A stretch of 64,000 bases of DNA from Thermoanaerobaculia bacterium (GTDB lineage: Bacteria; Acidobacteriota; Thermoanaerobaculia; Multivoradales; Multivoraceae). The notes under the pieces were generated by a model that saw only the letters and a list, made by a program, of their open reading frames with translations, did no database searches and was not told where the DNA came from. Made by a program: the position numbers and the translations under genes. Below, piece by piece: positions 1 through 9,610 of this stretch (within the stretch, counting starts at the first letter, position 1; every line of letters begins with the position of its first letter). The stretch spans positions 6,176,001 to 6,240,000 of the forward strand of contig OY761158.1 of NCBI GenBank assembly GCA_963664405.1. Direction: 5' to 3'.

Positions 1-750
1 GCCGTTATCGGTGAGCAGTGAGCGGCACAGTCCGCGTTTGATGAAGGCTTGGATCAGAGCGTGGATCAGACACTCGGCGGTCTCGTGCAGATACCACTGC
101 AGATGGCAGGTGAGCCGGGAGTGATCGTCGAGAATCGCCAGCAGCATCGGTACTTCCCAGGTCCCTGCGGAGCTCGGGATCTTGCGCGAGCCGTGGTGGA
201 AGTCGAGGTGCCAGAGCCCGTTGACGTACTCGGCTTCGTAGCTGCGCTTCTCGCGCGCAGGGGCACCGGAGGCAGTGCTGCGATCCTTTCCCTTCGTGCG
301 TCGTTGTTTGGGCCAACCGTGCGCGATCATGAAGCGGCGCAGGGTGGAGTAGGAAGGCACCTTCCCTGGCTCCGGTCGCTCTTTTAGCACCACGTCCAGA
401 TTGTCCCAATGGAGCTGGTAGCTCCACGTCGGGTGGGCCTTGTATTGCGTGTGGATCAGCTCGGCGATCCGGGTTGGGATGGCGCGCGCTTGGCCGCTGT
501 CGCTTCTCGATCGGCGTTGTAGCGCCCCGATCGGATCGCGACCGGCCAGGGCCGTGTAGTACCAACGCTCAATCGTCGAGCGGGCAAAGTACACCGCCTT
601 CTCCGTGATCGGATGGCGCCAGGCCTTCTGGGAGAGTCGAGACAATTCCACCTGCAGATGTCCCGGTGCGGGAGGCGCAGCCAACAGCTCACCCACCACA
701 CTGAAGCGAAACTGCGCCCAGCGTTGTTGCGTCGAGGCTCGATGGCTCAT
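1..750 (-). CDS. DDE integrase/transposase (rve core, IS481/Mu-like), 3' end runs off the window
   Basis: Not in the ORF track because it has no stop in the window. Manual translation from ATG at 750 (RBS GGAGAGGGAG): MSHRASTQQRWAQFRF...LWHLDFHH...LLAILDDHSRLTCHLQWY...LLTDNG, the rve WxxD...DD.SR...TDNG pattern. Confidence 0.85.
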   Translation of the reverse strand, partial: MSHRASTQQRWAQFRFSVVGELLAAPPAPGHLQVELSRLSQKAWRHPITEKAVYFARSTIERWYYTALAGRDPIGALQRRSRSDSGQARAIPTRIAELIHTQYKAHPTWSYQLHWDNLDVVLKERPEPGKVPSYSTLRRFMIAHGWPKQRRTKGKDRSTASGAPAREKRSYEAEYVNGLWHLDFHHGSRKIPSSAGTWEVPMLLAILDDHSRLTCHLQWYLHETAECLIHALIQAFIKRGLCRSLLTDNG

Positions 751-856
751 CTCCCTCTCCTGGGCGCCGATTCCTTCAATCGGCGGCGAGAACAGAGACC
801 TTAAGGCCCGCTTCTCGGCGAGTCGAGACGCATCTTCTGCGGGTTTCCGGCGACCC

Positions 857-1423
857 TCACACAGCGAGCACAGAGGGCCCGACCAATAGGGCGCGAATCA
901 CCGCCAGCACCCTCTCGCCTGCCGGCGACAATTGACGAAAGACTAGGAGCAGAGAGCCCGGCAAGTCTTGCCGCTGGATCGGCTCGGCATGAAAGCCTTG
1001 AAAGCGAGTCATGACCGGGCTGAGACCGAAGTCCTCTCGCCACCATCTCTGCCATCGGCGCACCGTACGTGCGCTCACCTGAAACAATTCCTGTAGACGA
1101 TGCAGCCGCTCTCCCTTGGCCCCTTCCCGCAGCACTGGGACCAGAAGTACCAACACGCTGAAGTACACCTTCCGGCCCAGAAAACGAAAGGACGCAGGCG
1201 TCTGACGACGACGGCACCCCTCCACCGAGCAGCAATAGCTCAGCCGCAACGAGGTCCTTCTGCGCAGCTCCTCGGGCCCTCCGCGAGGCTTACGTGGATA
1301 GTGAGCCTGGTGCAAACGCCCACCGCATTCGCAGCCTAGGGCGCGAGTCTTCTCCGCTAGATCCTCGTCGAGTCGCAACAGTAGATCGTAGAAACTGGCA
1401 TCCTGAAGCAGGGTCTGGTACAA
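857..1423 (-). CDS. Cys-rich HTH accessory protein of the transposon (DUF6431-like)
   Basis: CECGG, CCSVEGCRRR and a C-terminal HTH-like VSARTVRRWQRWW. TTG start at 1423 with RBS AAAGGAG; directly upstream of the transposase. Confidence 0.6.
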   Translation of the reverse strand: MYQTLLQDASFYDLLLRLDEDLAEKTRALGCECGGRLHQAHYPRKPRGGPEELRRRTSLRLSYCCSVEGCRRRQTPASFRFLGRKVYFSVLVLLVPVLREGAKGERLHRLQELFQVSARTVRRWQRWWREDFGLSPVMTRFQGFHAEPIQRQDLPGSLLLVFRQLSPAGERVLAVIRALLVGPSVLAV

Positions 1424-1783
1424 GAGGGCTGTCTCCTTTCGGCCTTTCGTTTTTAAATTCAACGAAAGAAGACACGCCCTCCGAGGGGACGTCAACCCCC
1501 GGAGGGCACCTCACTCCCCCCCCACAACAACGGCGCGCCCGGTGGCCGCGGATGATGCCGGCTCTTTTGCCCGCTTTGATCACGCTATCCGAGGGACCAG
1601 TACGCTCTTCCCTCGACTACCGTGACTAGAACAGAGGCGAATCCCATCAACTACCCTGATCACTCTCACTCAGCGCCAGATGCCGGCCCGCTCGTGAGGA
1701 CCCATGCAATCCCAATAAGGCCTGTAGCCACACGGCCGCACATCACGACGACCCCCCTTGCGAGTTTGGGCAATTGGGTGCGC

Positions 1784-2305
1784 TCAGTGCAGCTTGGTGC
1801 ACGCACTCGCGGCGCCCAGCGGATCGATGGCGCCGCCGCCCGACTCGACGTAGGCGATCTTGCCGTCTTTGCCGACCACAAAGGTCGTGCGATTCGCCAT
1901 GACTCGTCCCTCGATCAAGACTCCGTACTTGCCTGCGACAGATCCGTCTTCATCGCTGAGCAGAACGAACTCGAGATCGAGCGACTCAGCGAACTCTTTG
2001 TTGGTGGCTAGCTTGTCTGTACTGATTCCGAAGACGACCGAGTCGCTCTCTGTGAACTCCGTGATACCAGCCTGGTATCCCTTCATCTCACGAGTTCAGC
2101 CACCGGTGAAGGCTTTGGGAAAGAAGGCAAGGACCACGTTGCTCTTGCCCGTGTAACTAGACAACGAGGATGAGTTGCCATCCGAGCCCGGTAGGGTGAA
2201 GTCGGGAGCCGTGTCTCCGACTTCGAGTGCCGCTGAGGCGGCGCCAGCCGAGACCGTGGCGGCTGCGGCCAAGGTGATCAGAAGCTCGCGGGGAAAGAGT
2301 CGCAT
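1784..2305 (-). CDS. Selenocysteine-containing peroxiredoxin (AhpC/TSA, Bcp-like) with signal peptide
   Basis: ORFs 2096-2380 and 1784-2086 are in one frame, separated by TGA (2096-2098) at the peroxidatic position: FFPKAFTGG-U-TREM (PxxxTxxC motif). ATG 2305 with RBS AAAGGAG; hydrophobic N-terminus. Confidence 0.9.
2053..2098 (-). promoter_or_regulatory. Putative bacterial SECIS hairpin
   Basis: mRNA UGAACUC-GUGAGAUGAAGG-GAUACCA-GGC-UGGUAUC-ACG-GAGUUCA: 7-bp upper stem with a G-containing loop, plus a lower stem pairing the UGA region. Confidence 0.75.
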
Positions 2306-2435
2306 GAGGTCTCCTTTTTCGCTCTGGGGAGTCTGCGCTGGCAGAGCTCCGAATGCGCCGTCCTCGGCGCCAAACAGCAACTAGCTGGAGGAAATGATAG
2401 CAGTCATTTTCGGAGGCTCCGGAGGCACCGTGAGG

Positions 2436-3314
2436 CTAGCCCTGAGAGTACTCGAAATAGGCGTTCGAAACGACTACTTTGTCCTCGACCCGAGCTTCGA
2501 AGAGCACCCGGCCCGGGCTCTCGTGCCAGGCACGGACTCGAAGGGTGTCGCCCAGGAAGACTGGATAAGAGAAGCGCACTTTGATCTTGTGGAAGCGAGT
2601 TGAGTCGCCGTCAGCCAGGACTCCGAGCAAGAGTTGCCCACAGTGGCCGAATGTGCACAAGCCATGGAGAATGGGCTCGTCGAAGCCTCCGAACTTGGCG
2701 GCTTCCGGGTCGATGTGGAGAGGGTTGTAGTCGCCGGATAGGCGATAGATGTGGGCCTGGTTCTCGGGCACTTCGGCCTCGACGACGACGTCTGGGTCCC
2801 GTTCAGGGACGGTGAGCTTTGCTGAGAATGTCTGACCTGAGCCCTCGAAGGGCTCGATGTCGCCGAGCACTTCGACGCCGCGCCGAAATGATCCATTCAC
2901 CATCTTCACGCACTCGTTGCCGTCGGCGTCGCTGACCACGCTCTCGAACTCCACGAAGCCGTTGCCCTTGCCTCGAGGGTGGATTCCGATCACGCGCGCC
3001 CGTACCGAGACTTCGCCTTCGATCGGTAGTGGACGAATCATCTCGAGATAGCGCTCGGCGTCGATATTGAGAGGGCCGGGTGAGTTGGGAACGAGGGCAC
3101 GATCTAACGGTGCTCCGGCTCCGCCCCAGCGGATCGGGAAGGTGGGGAAGACGGAGAATTCCGGGTCGCCCTCGAACACGAAGCGCAGGTCGCGGGCACC
3201 GACTCCTACAGCGTAGAGGAGAACGTCTCGCTGGTCGTAGCGGATCTTGACGGGTTCTCCCCAGGGTCCTGGTTCACCCCACGGCAGGGCTGCCAGTGCG
3301 TCATAGGTCGCCAT
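2436..3314 (-). CDS. MaoC-family (R)-specific enoyl-CoA hydratase 2 (double hot-dog)
   Basis: YRLSGDYNPLHIDP...PILHGLCT hydratase-2 motif; N-terminal LLYAVGVGA. Confidence 0.9.
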   Translation of the reverse strand: MATYDALAALPWGEPGPWGEPVKIRYDQRDVLLYAVGVGARDLRFVFEGDPEFSVFPTFPIRWGGAGAPLDRALVPNSPGPLNIDAERYLEMIRPLPIEGEVSVRARVIGIHPRGKGNGFVEFESVVSDADGNECVKMVNGSFRRGVEVLGDIEPFEGSGQTFSAKLTVPERDPDVVVEAEVPENQAHIYRLSGDYNPLHIDPEAAKFGGFDEPILHGLCTFGHCGQLLLGVLADGDSTRFHKIKVRFSYPVFLGDTLRVRAWHESPGRVLFEARVEDKVVVSNAYFEYSQG

Positions 3315-3327
3315 CTCGCTCTCCCTT

Positions 3328-4326
3328 TCAATCGATGTTGCGGGCGAGGTCGGCTGACGCAAGATCCGTCCACAGCGCATCGGGAATCGCGCTTGCGATC
3401 AACTCGAGATTGGCGTGGACCTCGTCGACCGACCAGACTCCTGGAATCACGGACGCAACGGCTCGATGGCGGAGTGGATACTGCAGGGCCGCGGCGCGCA
3501 TGTCGACGCCGTGGTCCTGACAGATCTCGCGAATACGCTGAGTGCGTTGCCACCGCTCGTCGTCGACCGGCTTGTAGTTGTAGGTAGCCCGTTGCCGCTG
3601 GGTAGTGGCGAGTAGACCCGAATTATAGGGGCCGCCGATGATCACCGAAACATTCTTGTCGAGGCACTTTGGTAGGAATTCATCCAGCGGCTCTTGCTCC
3701 AGCAGGGTGAAGCGGCCGGCGAGCAGGAAGCAGTCGACGTCGAATTCGTCCATCACGCGGCTACAGACCTGCCACTCATTGACGCCGAGTCCCCAGGCTC
3801 GAATAACGCCTTGGGCGCGCAGGTCGGCGAGGGCGGGCAAGATTCCTTGCGCCGCCTTCTTGTAGATCTCAGGTTGTTCCTCGCCGTGCGTCCAGACATC
3901 GATGTCATGGCAAAGAAGAATATCAACACGGTCGAGGCCGAGTCGTTCCAGGCTCCCCTCCAGCGACTTGCGTGCTGCGTCGTAGGTGTAGTCATAGCGG
4001 ATCGCGAACGGTTCCTCGTCACGCATCTGCGGACTCCGCTCGCCTTCGTCGGTGGGCACCAGCAATCGACCGACCTTCGAAGAGAGCGTGAAGTCCTCGC
4101 GCCTGAGGCGTCGCAGTACGCTACCGAGCCGTTTCTCACCAAGGCCATGCCCATAGAGCGGTGCGGTGTCGAAGTAGCGCACACCGCCGTCGAGCGCGGC
4201 GCCGACGATCGCGATCACATCGTCATCATTCAGGCGGTGGCCGACACCGCCGAGAGGCGCGCCACCGAAGCCCAACGTTGTCAAGGTGACATCGGTCGCT
4301 CCGACCGTACGTTGTTCCAGCGGCAT
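3328..4326 (-). CDS. Aldo/keto reductase (D-threo-aldose dehydrogenase-like)
   Basis: LGFGGAPLG, YFDTAPLYGHG, SSKVGRLL, SLERLGLDRVD, IIGGPYNSG. Confidence 0.9.
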   Translation of the reverse strand: MPLEQRTVGATDVTLTTLGFGGAPLGGVGHRLNDDDVIAIVGAALDGGVRYFDTAPLYGHGLGEKRLGSVLRRLRREDFTLSSKVGRLLVPTDEGERSPQMRDEEPFAIRYDYTYDAARKSLEGSLERLGLDRVDILLCHDIDVWTHGEEQPEIYKKAAQGILPALADLRAQGVIRAWGLGVNEWQVCSRVMDEFDVDCFLLAGRFTLLEQEPLDEFLPKCLDKNVSVIIGGPYNSGLLATTQRQRATYNYKPVDDERWQRTQRIREICQDHGVDMRAAALQYPLRHRAVASVIPGVWSVDEVHANLELIASAIPDALWTDLASADLARNID

Positions 4327-4483
4327 GGGTCATCGATCTTATCGCTCCCGCGGCGCCTCCGAGAGGTACCACCCTCTTAGTTGTTCGAAGGCTCTGACCT
4401 CGACCCGCTTTGTGGAGACGCTCATCTACGCAAGGGCCTAGTCCTCACTTACGTCTATTGATGTCAGGAGGAATTGCAAAGAA

Positions 4484-5419
4484 GTGCGGAAACCCAGAGG
4501 ACTGGTCGCAAACCGCCTGGTGGAGATTACCTGCCGGACACAGCAGGGACGCTTTCTCCTGTGCCCCTCGCCGGAGGTGAATCGGATCATCCTCGGCGTC
4601 ATAGGTCGCGCTCAGCGTCGCATGGGAATGACGATATGCGGGCTCGCCGTTCTCTCGAACCACTACCACATGCTGGTGATTCCCGAGAGCACGGAGCATC
4701 TGAGCGACTTCATGGAGTTCGTGAACGGTAACATCGCTCGCAAGGTCGGTGTGCTTCACGGCTGGTCGGGGAAGTTCTGGAGCAAGCCCTACAGTCACAT
4801 CATAGTTTCGGATGAGGAGGAGGCCCAGATCGGGCGTCTTTACTACCTTCTCTCTCACGGAGCGAAGGAGGGTTTGGTCCGCGACCCCAGGGACTGGCCC
4901 GGTGTTCATTGTGCAGGTCATCTCCGACGCGGCTACTCGGAAATGTTGGGCGGGGAGTGGCACGACGAGACTCAAGAGTACAACGCTCGTCGTAAAGGTA
5001 AAGAGCTGAATCTAGGCGACTTTCTGTACGAGGAGTCGGTCGTGTTGACGCCTCTTCCCTGCGCGAAGGATTGGAGCTTCAGGAAGAAGATCGAGTTGGT
5101 CCGGGGTCAGCTACGAGAGATCAGTGGGGTGGTCCGGCAGCGGATTGAGGAAACCGGGAGGCCTCCGTTGGGAGTGAAGAAGATTCTGCGGCAGGATCCC
5201 CACTTCCGGCCGGAGAAGCTGAGCAAGTCGCCGGCTCCCGCCTTTCACGCGGCCTCGAGAGAGCACTACGAGAAGCTCCGAGAGATGTATCGGGACTTTG
5301 TCAATGCTTACCGTGAGGCTGCGGAGAAGCTCAAAGAGGGAGTGCTGGATGCGGTATTCCCGCCGGGTTGTTTCCCTCCCGGACTACCTTACGTGCCCGA
5401 GGTGCGGGCCGGACCGTGA
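4484..5419 (+). CDS. HUH/Y1 transposase, RAYT-like (IS200/IS605 superfamily)
   Basis: HUH motif SNHYHML, ITCRT N-terminal motif, GKFW, Y-x6-KEGLV..P.DWPG. Confidence 0.85.
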   Translation: MRKPRGLVANRLVEITCRTQQGRFLLCPSPEVNRIILGVIGRAQRRMGMTICGLAVLSNHYHMLVIPESTEHLSDFMEFVNGNIARKVGVLHGWSGKFWSKPYSHIIVSDEEEAQIGRLYYLLSHGAKEGLVRDPRDWPGVHCAGHLRRGYSEMLGGEWHDETQEYNARRKGKELNLGDFLYEESVVLTPLPCAKDWSFRKKIELVRGQLREISGVVRQRIEETGRPPLGVKKILRQDPHFRPEKLSKSPAPAFHAASREHYEKLREMYRDFVNAYREAAEKLKEGVLDAVFPPGCFPPGLPYVPEVRAGP

Positions 5420-5597
5420 TCGGTGACCCCATAGCTCGGGTGTCTAACATGGCGGAAGCGTCGATCGCTGAGCGCTCCACGCCTGGCTGATGTGTGTCCA
5501 GCGAACGCGTTTGGCGTTCTTTTCCGACTGTTGCGGCGGGCCGCAAGGTGGATCTGGCCGTGAGGGCCGCCTAAGCACTCTTCTTCGAATCTCGGAG

Positions 5598-5720
5598 GAA
5601 GCGGGGTCCGCTTTTGGGCGGACTTTCTTCGTACTTTCTTCGAAGCGGGGCTACTTTCTGGGCTACTTTTTTCGAAGTGGGTGGGACTTCTTTCTTTAGG
5701 GGACTTCTTTCTTTAGGACT
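5598..5720 (+). repeat. Degenerate short direct repeats and hairpins downstream of the RAYT gene
   Basis: Repeated (GG)ACTT(T)CTT units, tandem GGACTTCTTTCTTTAGG x2, hairpin GTCCGC-TTTTGG-GCGGAC. Confidence 0.5.
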
Positions 5721-5729
5721 CCATCTGGT

Positions 5730-6452
5730 CTAAGCGTTCGAGCGGAGCGCCTGCTCGAAGCTCATATCCAAGCCGGTGAGAATTTGCCTCTTGGTTCGTG
5801 CGAAGGCCTCGGAGTCCAAACTCGCAACTTCTTCGAGAAAGGGTCGCGCTACCTCGCGAAGTGCGGAGCCCGCCGCATAGAGACGATGGACTAATCCCCG
5901 TTCGTAGGCCAAGGTCCCGGTCATGGTCTCGCCCAGATAGGCGATCGGGGCAAGGAGAGATAGGTTGAGCTGGCGCGGCAGCTTGTAGCTCCAACCCTCC
6001 GCCGCCCATAGTGCACGCTGCATTCGCGGGTCGCCGTAGTTCGCATCTTCGGTGGCGACGCGAAAATCACAAGACAAGCTGTAGTCGTAGCCTGAGCCGA
6101 GCGCGTGGCCGTGAATAAGCACAACCGTGGGCTTGCTGGTCGAGCGTAGGGCCGCACAAGAATCTAGCAGGAGGACCGGACCCATGCCCAGATCCAAGTC
6201 GACCCGACGCCGCTCGAGCTCTTCTGGTAGATCGCGCTTGCCGGCCGTCAGGTCGTCTCCGGCACAGAAGGCGCGCCCTACCCCCGAAAGCGCGATCACC
6301 CGCACTGAAGGGTCGGCTTCCGCCGCTCGGACCGCGTCACGAATTCTGAGGTGCTGATCGATGTCGAGCGCGTTGAGCTTCTTCGGCCGATTCAACACCA
6401 GATGGCGGACCGGTCCCTCGTCCTCGAGGATCAAGGCATCGTCGTCGCTCAT
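5730..6452 (-). CDS. Enoyl-CoA hydratase/isomerase family
   Basis: LNRPKKLNAL, GRAFCAGDDL, HGHALGSG crotonase motifs. Confidence 0.9.
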   Translation of the reverse strand: MSDDDALILEDEGPVRHLVLNRPKKLNALDIDQHLRIRDAVRAAEADPSVRVIALSGVGRAFCAGDDLTAGKRDLPEELERRRVDLDLGMGPVLLLDSCAALRSTSKPTVVLIHGHALGSGYDYSLSCDFRVATEDANYGDPRMQRALWAAEGWSYKLPRQLNLSLLAPIAYLGETMTGTLAYERGLVHRLYAAGSALREVARPFLEEVASLDSEAFARTKRQILTGLDMSFEQALRSNA

Positions 6453-6454
6453 CG

Positions 6455-7267
6455 TCAGCGCCCCTTGAACTCGGGCTTCCGACGCTCTTGAAAAGCGAGG
6501 CGGCCCTCTGCGACGTCTTCGATGACGTGGGTCTGGCGCACGCCGAGACAGTGCATCATGGCTGCGTCAAAGGCGAGATCGAGCTGCGGCAGAATCTGCT
6601 TCTTGTGCACCTCCCAAGAACGAGTGGGCAGCGCCGCGACTTGCGCGATGAGGGCCTCGGCCTCGCGGTCGAGGTCGCTGTCGTCGATTACCCGATGAAT
6701 CAGTTGAATCCGTCGTGCTTCTTCCGCGCTCAGAGTCTCGCCCAGGAGGAGAATGCGCATCGCCTGTGACTGGCCTATGAGGCGCGGTAGCACGTAGGAA
6801 ATGCCCGTCGACGCCGCACGCCCCTGATGAATCCTCGGATCCCCGATCTTGGCCGACTTCGACGCGATCCGCAGATCGCACACACAAGCGAGATCCATCG
6901 CCAAACCGAATGCTCGGCCATGGATGACCGCCAAGGTCGGCTTGACCAGATCGCGAAGAGCACCAAGGGCGTCTTGCTCCGGAATCGGCCCAGGACCGTG
7001 ACCGCCTTCCGGCCTCCTCGATCGCAGCCGCTCCGGCCATTCCCCCATGTCTTCCCAATCATCGCCCGCCGAGAAGGTATCGCCGCGGCCTCGCAATACG
7101 ACCACTCGAACGGAGTCGTCGTGCTGCGCTTCAGCGCAGACTGCCGTCAGCGTCTCGAGCATGGCGTAGTTGATGAGATTGCCCGCTTCGGGCCGATCGA
7201 ACGCGATCTCGAGCCGGCCGTCCGCGAGTGAGACGGCGAGATCGCTGGTTGGAGATGCGTAGGTCAT
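6455..7267 (-). CDS. Enoyl-CoA hydratase/isomerase family
   Basis: DRPEAGN, FSAGDD, C-terminal AFQERRKPEFKGR. Confidence 0.9.
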   Translation of the reverse strand: MTYASPTSDLAVSLADGRLEIAFDRPEAGNLINYAMLETLTAVCAEAQHDDSVRVVVLRGRGDTFSAGDDWEDMGEWPERLRSRRPEGGHGPGPIPEQDALGALRDLVKPTLAVIHGRAFGLAMDLACVCDLRIASKSAKIGDPRIHQGRAASTGISYVLPRLIGQSQAMRILLLGETLSAEEARRIQLIHRVIDDSDLDREAEALIAQVAALPTRSWEVHKKQILPQLDLAFDAAMMHCLGVRQTHVIEDVAEGRLAFQERRKPEFKGR

Positions 7268-7983
7268 TTCGGAATCCTTCCTCCAGGAAGCTCGACGAGC
7301 TCGACCCAGATGCCGCCCGGATCTTCGAAGAAGGCGAGGCGAACCGTATTGAAAGAGCGTGGCGGTATCGGTAAAGGCGCGCCGATCTCCTCGAGTCGAG
7401 CCGAGGTCGCGTCAAGCTCGGAGGTGAAGAAGCCGATGTGGTCGATCGGCCGCGTTTCCTTCGCCTCCACCGGTTCTGACGTGAACGACATCCACATGGT
7501 GTCGTAGCCGACACCGAGCCGCGACGGGTCCCAGGGGCACGTCCCGGCGGCGCCGCCGAGATGCTCGGCGTACCAGCTCTGCATCGATTCCGGATCGGAG
7601 GTCGAGATCTGCACGTGGCTGAAGGTCGGCGCTGCGGCCTCGACCAGCTCGACGCGAATGCCGTCAGGGTCTTCGAGCAGAACGCCGGTCTGTGACTCCG
7701 TCAGCACTTTCGCGCCATCGCCGACCGCGCTCGCCGCAGTGGCATCGATGTCGGCGCAGCCGATTCCGATGCAATCCAGCGACGCCGACCCCTGGGTGGC
7801 CACTGCCCGACTTTGCACCTGAATGACGTTGCTGCCGTAGCGCAGATTGACCGAGCGCTTGGTCGCTCCGCCGTCTCCAGCTCCCAGGTGATCGACGTAC
7901 CAGCGCCCGGATCGCACTCGGTCCTCGGCTGTCACATGGACGTGGTGCCAAGGCAACGCTCCGGCTGCTTGGTTGTCCGTCAT
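7264..7983 (-). CDS. VOC/glyoxalase family protein (two modules)
   Basis: HHVHV...EDPDGIRVELVE and HVQI...DHIGF...EDPGGIWVELVE. Confidence 0.85.
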   Translation of the reverse strand: MTDNQAAGALPWHHVHVTAEDRVRSGRWYVDHLGAGDGGATKRSVNLRYGSNVIQVQSRAVATQGSASLDCIGIGCADIDATAASAVGDGAKVLTESQTGVLLEDPDGIRVELVEAAAPTFSHVQISTSDPESMQSWYAEHLGGAAGTCPWDPSRLGVGYDTMWMSFTSEPVEAKETRPIDHIGFFTSELDATSARLEEIGAPLPIPPRSFNTVRLAFFEDPGGIWVELVELPGGRIPK

Positions 7984-8128
7984 GGCGAGGTTTATAGCAG
8001 ATCAAGGCGCATGTTCTCGGCCGCCTCGTTTGCGCCGGCTCACTTCCCGGTGTTACGTTCTATCTTCTGCCCACAACGGAGCTGGCGCTGTCGGAGCTTT
8101 GTTCCCGCCGCCGGCGAAGGAGTCCACG

Positions 8129-9592
8129 ATGAAGAGAAACGGAAGTTCTCCCTCTCGAAGAGAGTTCCTAGTAGGAGCCGCCGCCGCGACCGCGACAGCG
8201 TTCACCGGATGCGGCGGCGAGGCGCCGGCGCCGGCGCCGATCCCTGGACCGCGCGCGATCCGCCGCCCGAACATCCTCTTCTTCTTCTCCGACCAGCATC
8301 GCGGGGACTGGCTGGGTCGCAATCCGGAGATCCCGGTTCCGACGCCGAATATCGACCGTCTTGCTGCCCGCGGCGTCGACTTCACCCGTGCCATTGTGCC
8401 GGCGCCGGTGTGCGGTCCGTCTCGCTCCTGCCTCGCCTCGGGCATGGAGTACGAGAACTGCGGCGTCGAAGTGAATGGAGACATGTACCCCGCACAGGCG
8501 AGGCCGACTTTCTACAAGCACCTGCACGACAGCGGCTATCACACCATGGCGACCGGCAAGATCGACCTCCACAAGGGTCCTGACGGTCGGCGCCCCGACG
8601 GCAAACTGCACATGGAGGAGTGGGGCTTTTCCGACATGCTGATCACCGGCAGCAAAGGGGGCGGCCTCGATAACCCTTATGGGGTCTACCTGGCCTCGCT
8701 GGATCCGCCGATGGACCAGATCCACCGCGAAGACATGGCGCGACGTAGCACTCCCAGAGAAGTGAATTGGTTTGGGATGACGGACACAAGTCCGCTCGAC
8801 GACGAGGCCTACAAAGACAACTACACCGCGCGAACCGCGCTCCAGCTCCTCGAGCAGGCCCCTGACGGCACCCCTTGGTTTTCGATCGTCAACTTCAACT
8901 GCCCCCATCCGCCGATGGACATCACTCGTCGCATGGAAGCGCAGTATCGCGGGCCCGACCGGATCATCGAGAACTTCAAGCAGCCCCACCACTACACCGG
9001 ACCCTTCACGCCTGAACACCACATCCGTATCCGTCAGAACTACGCGGCGATGATCGAGAACCTCGACCGCTGGGTTGGCCTCTTCCAGGAGAGACTGGAG
9101 GAGCGCGGGGAGCTCGACAACACCATCGTCATCTACGCCAGCGATCACGGCGAGATGCTCGGCGATCACGACCTGTGGGGAAAGGGTCTTCCCTTTCAGG
9201 CGTCGATGGGAGTGCCTTTGGTGATGGCCGGCCCCGGCATCGCATCCGGAGTGAAGAGCGACGCCCTGGTGAGCGTGATGGATCTCGCCACTACCTGCAT
9301 CGACTATGGCGAAGCCGCGATTCCGAGCGAGATGGAGAGCCGCTCGCTGCGTCCGCTTCTCGACTCGGGCGGCGGCGAGCATCGCGACTACCTGCGCTCT
9401 GCGCTGAAGACAGGGAAGGCCGCCGCCGGCCGTTTCCGCTCGGTCAACGATCATCGTTACAAGCTGGTCGAGGGCTACTTCGAAGAAAAGGCGCTGTACG
9501 ATCTCGAGGCCGACCCTTTGGAGACCGAGAATATTGCCACCGGCAAGCCTGGAGAGGTGGCGCGTCTCGAGAAGCTCTTCGTCGACGCTTGA
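8129..9592 (+). CDS. Sulfatase, Tat-exported lipoprotein
   Basis: SRREFL Tat motif, FTGC lipobox, PNILFFFSDQHR, formylglycine motif CGPSR, SDHGEMLGDH. ATG 8129 with RBS AAGGAG. Confidence 0.92.
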   Translation: MKRNGSSPSRREFLVGAAAATATAFTGCGGEAPAPAPIPGPRAIRRPNILFFFSDQHRGDWLGRNPEIPVPTPNIDRLAARGVDFTRAIVPAPVCGPSRSCLASGMEYENCGVEVNGDMYPAQARPTFYKHLHDSGYHTMATGKIDLHKGPDGRRPDGKLHMEEWGFSDMLITGSKGGGLDNPYGVYLASLDPPMDQIHREDMARRSTPREVNWFGMTDTSPLDDEAYKDNYTARTALQLLEQAPDGTPWFSIVNFNCPHPPMDITRRMEAQYRGPDRIIENFKQPHHYTGPFTPEHHIRIRQNYAAMIENLDRWVGLFQERLEERGELDNTIVIYASDHGEMLGDHDLWGKGLPFQASMGVPLVMAGPGIASGVKSDALVSVMDLATTCIDYGEAAIPSEMESRSLRPLLDSGGGEHRDYLRSALKTGKAAAGRFRSVNDHRYKLVEGYFEEKALYDLEADPLETENIATGKPGEVARLEKLFVDA

Positions 9593-9610
9593 ATGACCTA
9601 GGAGTCCCCA

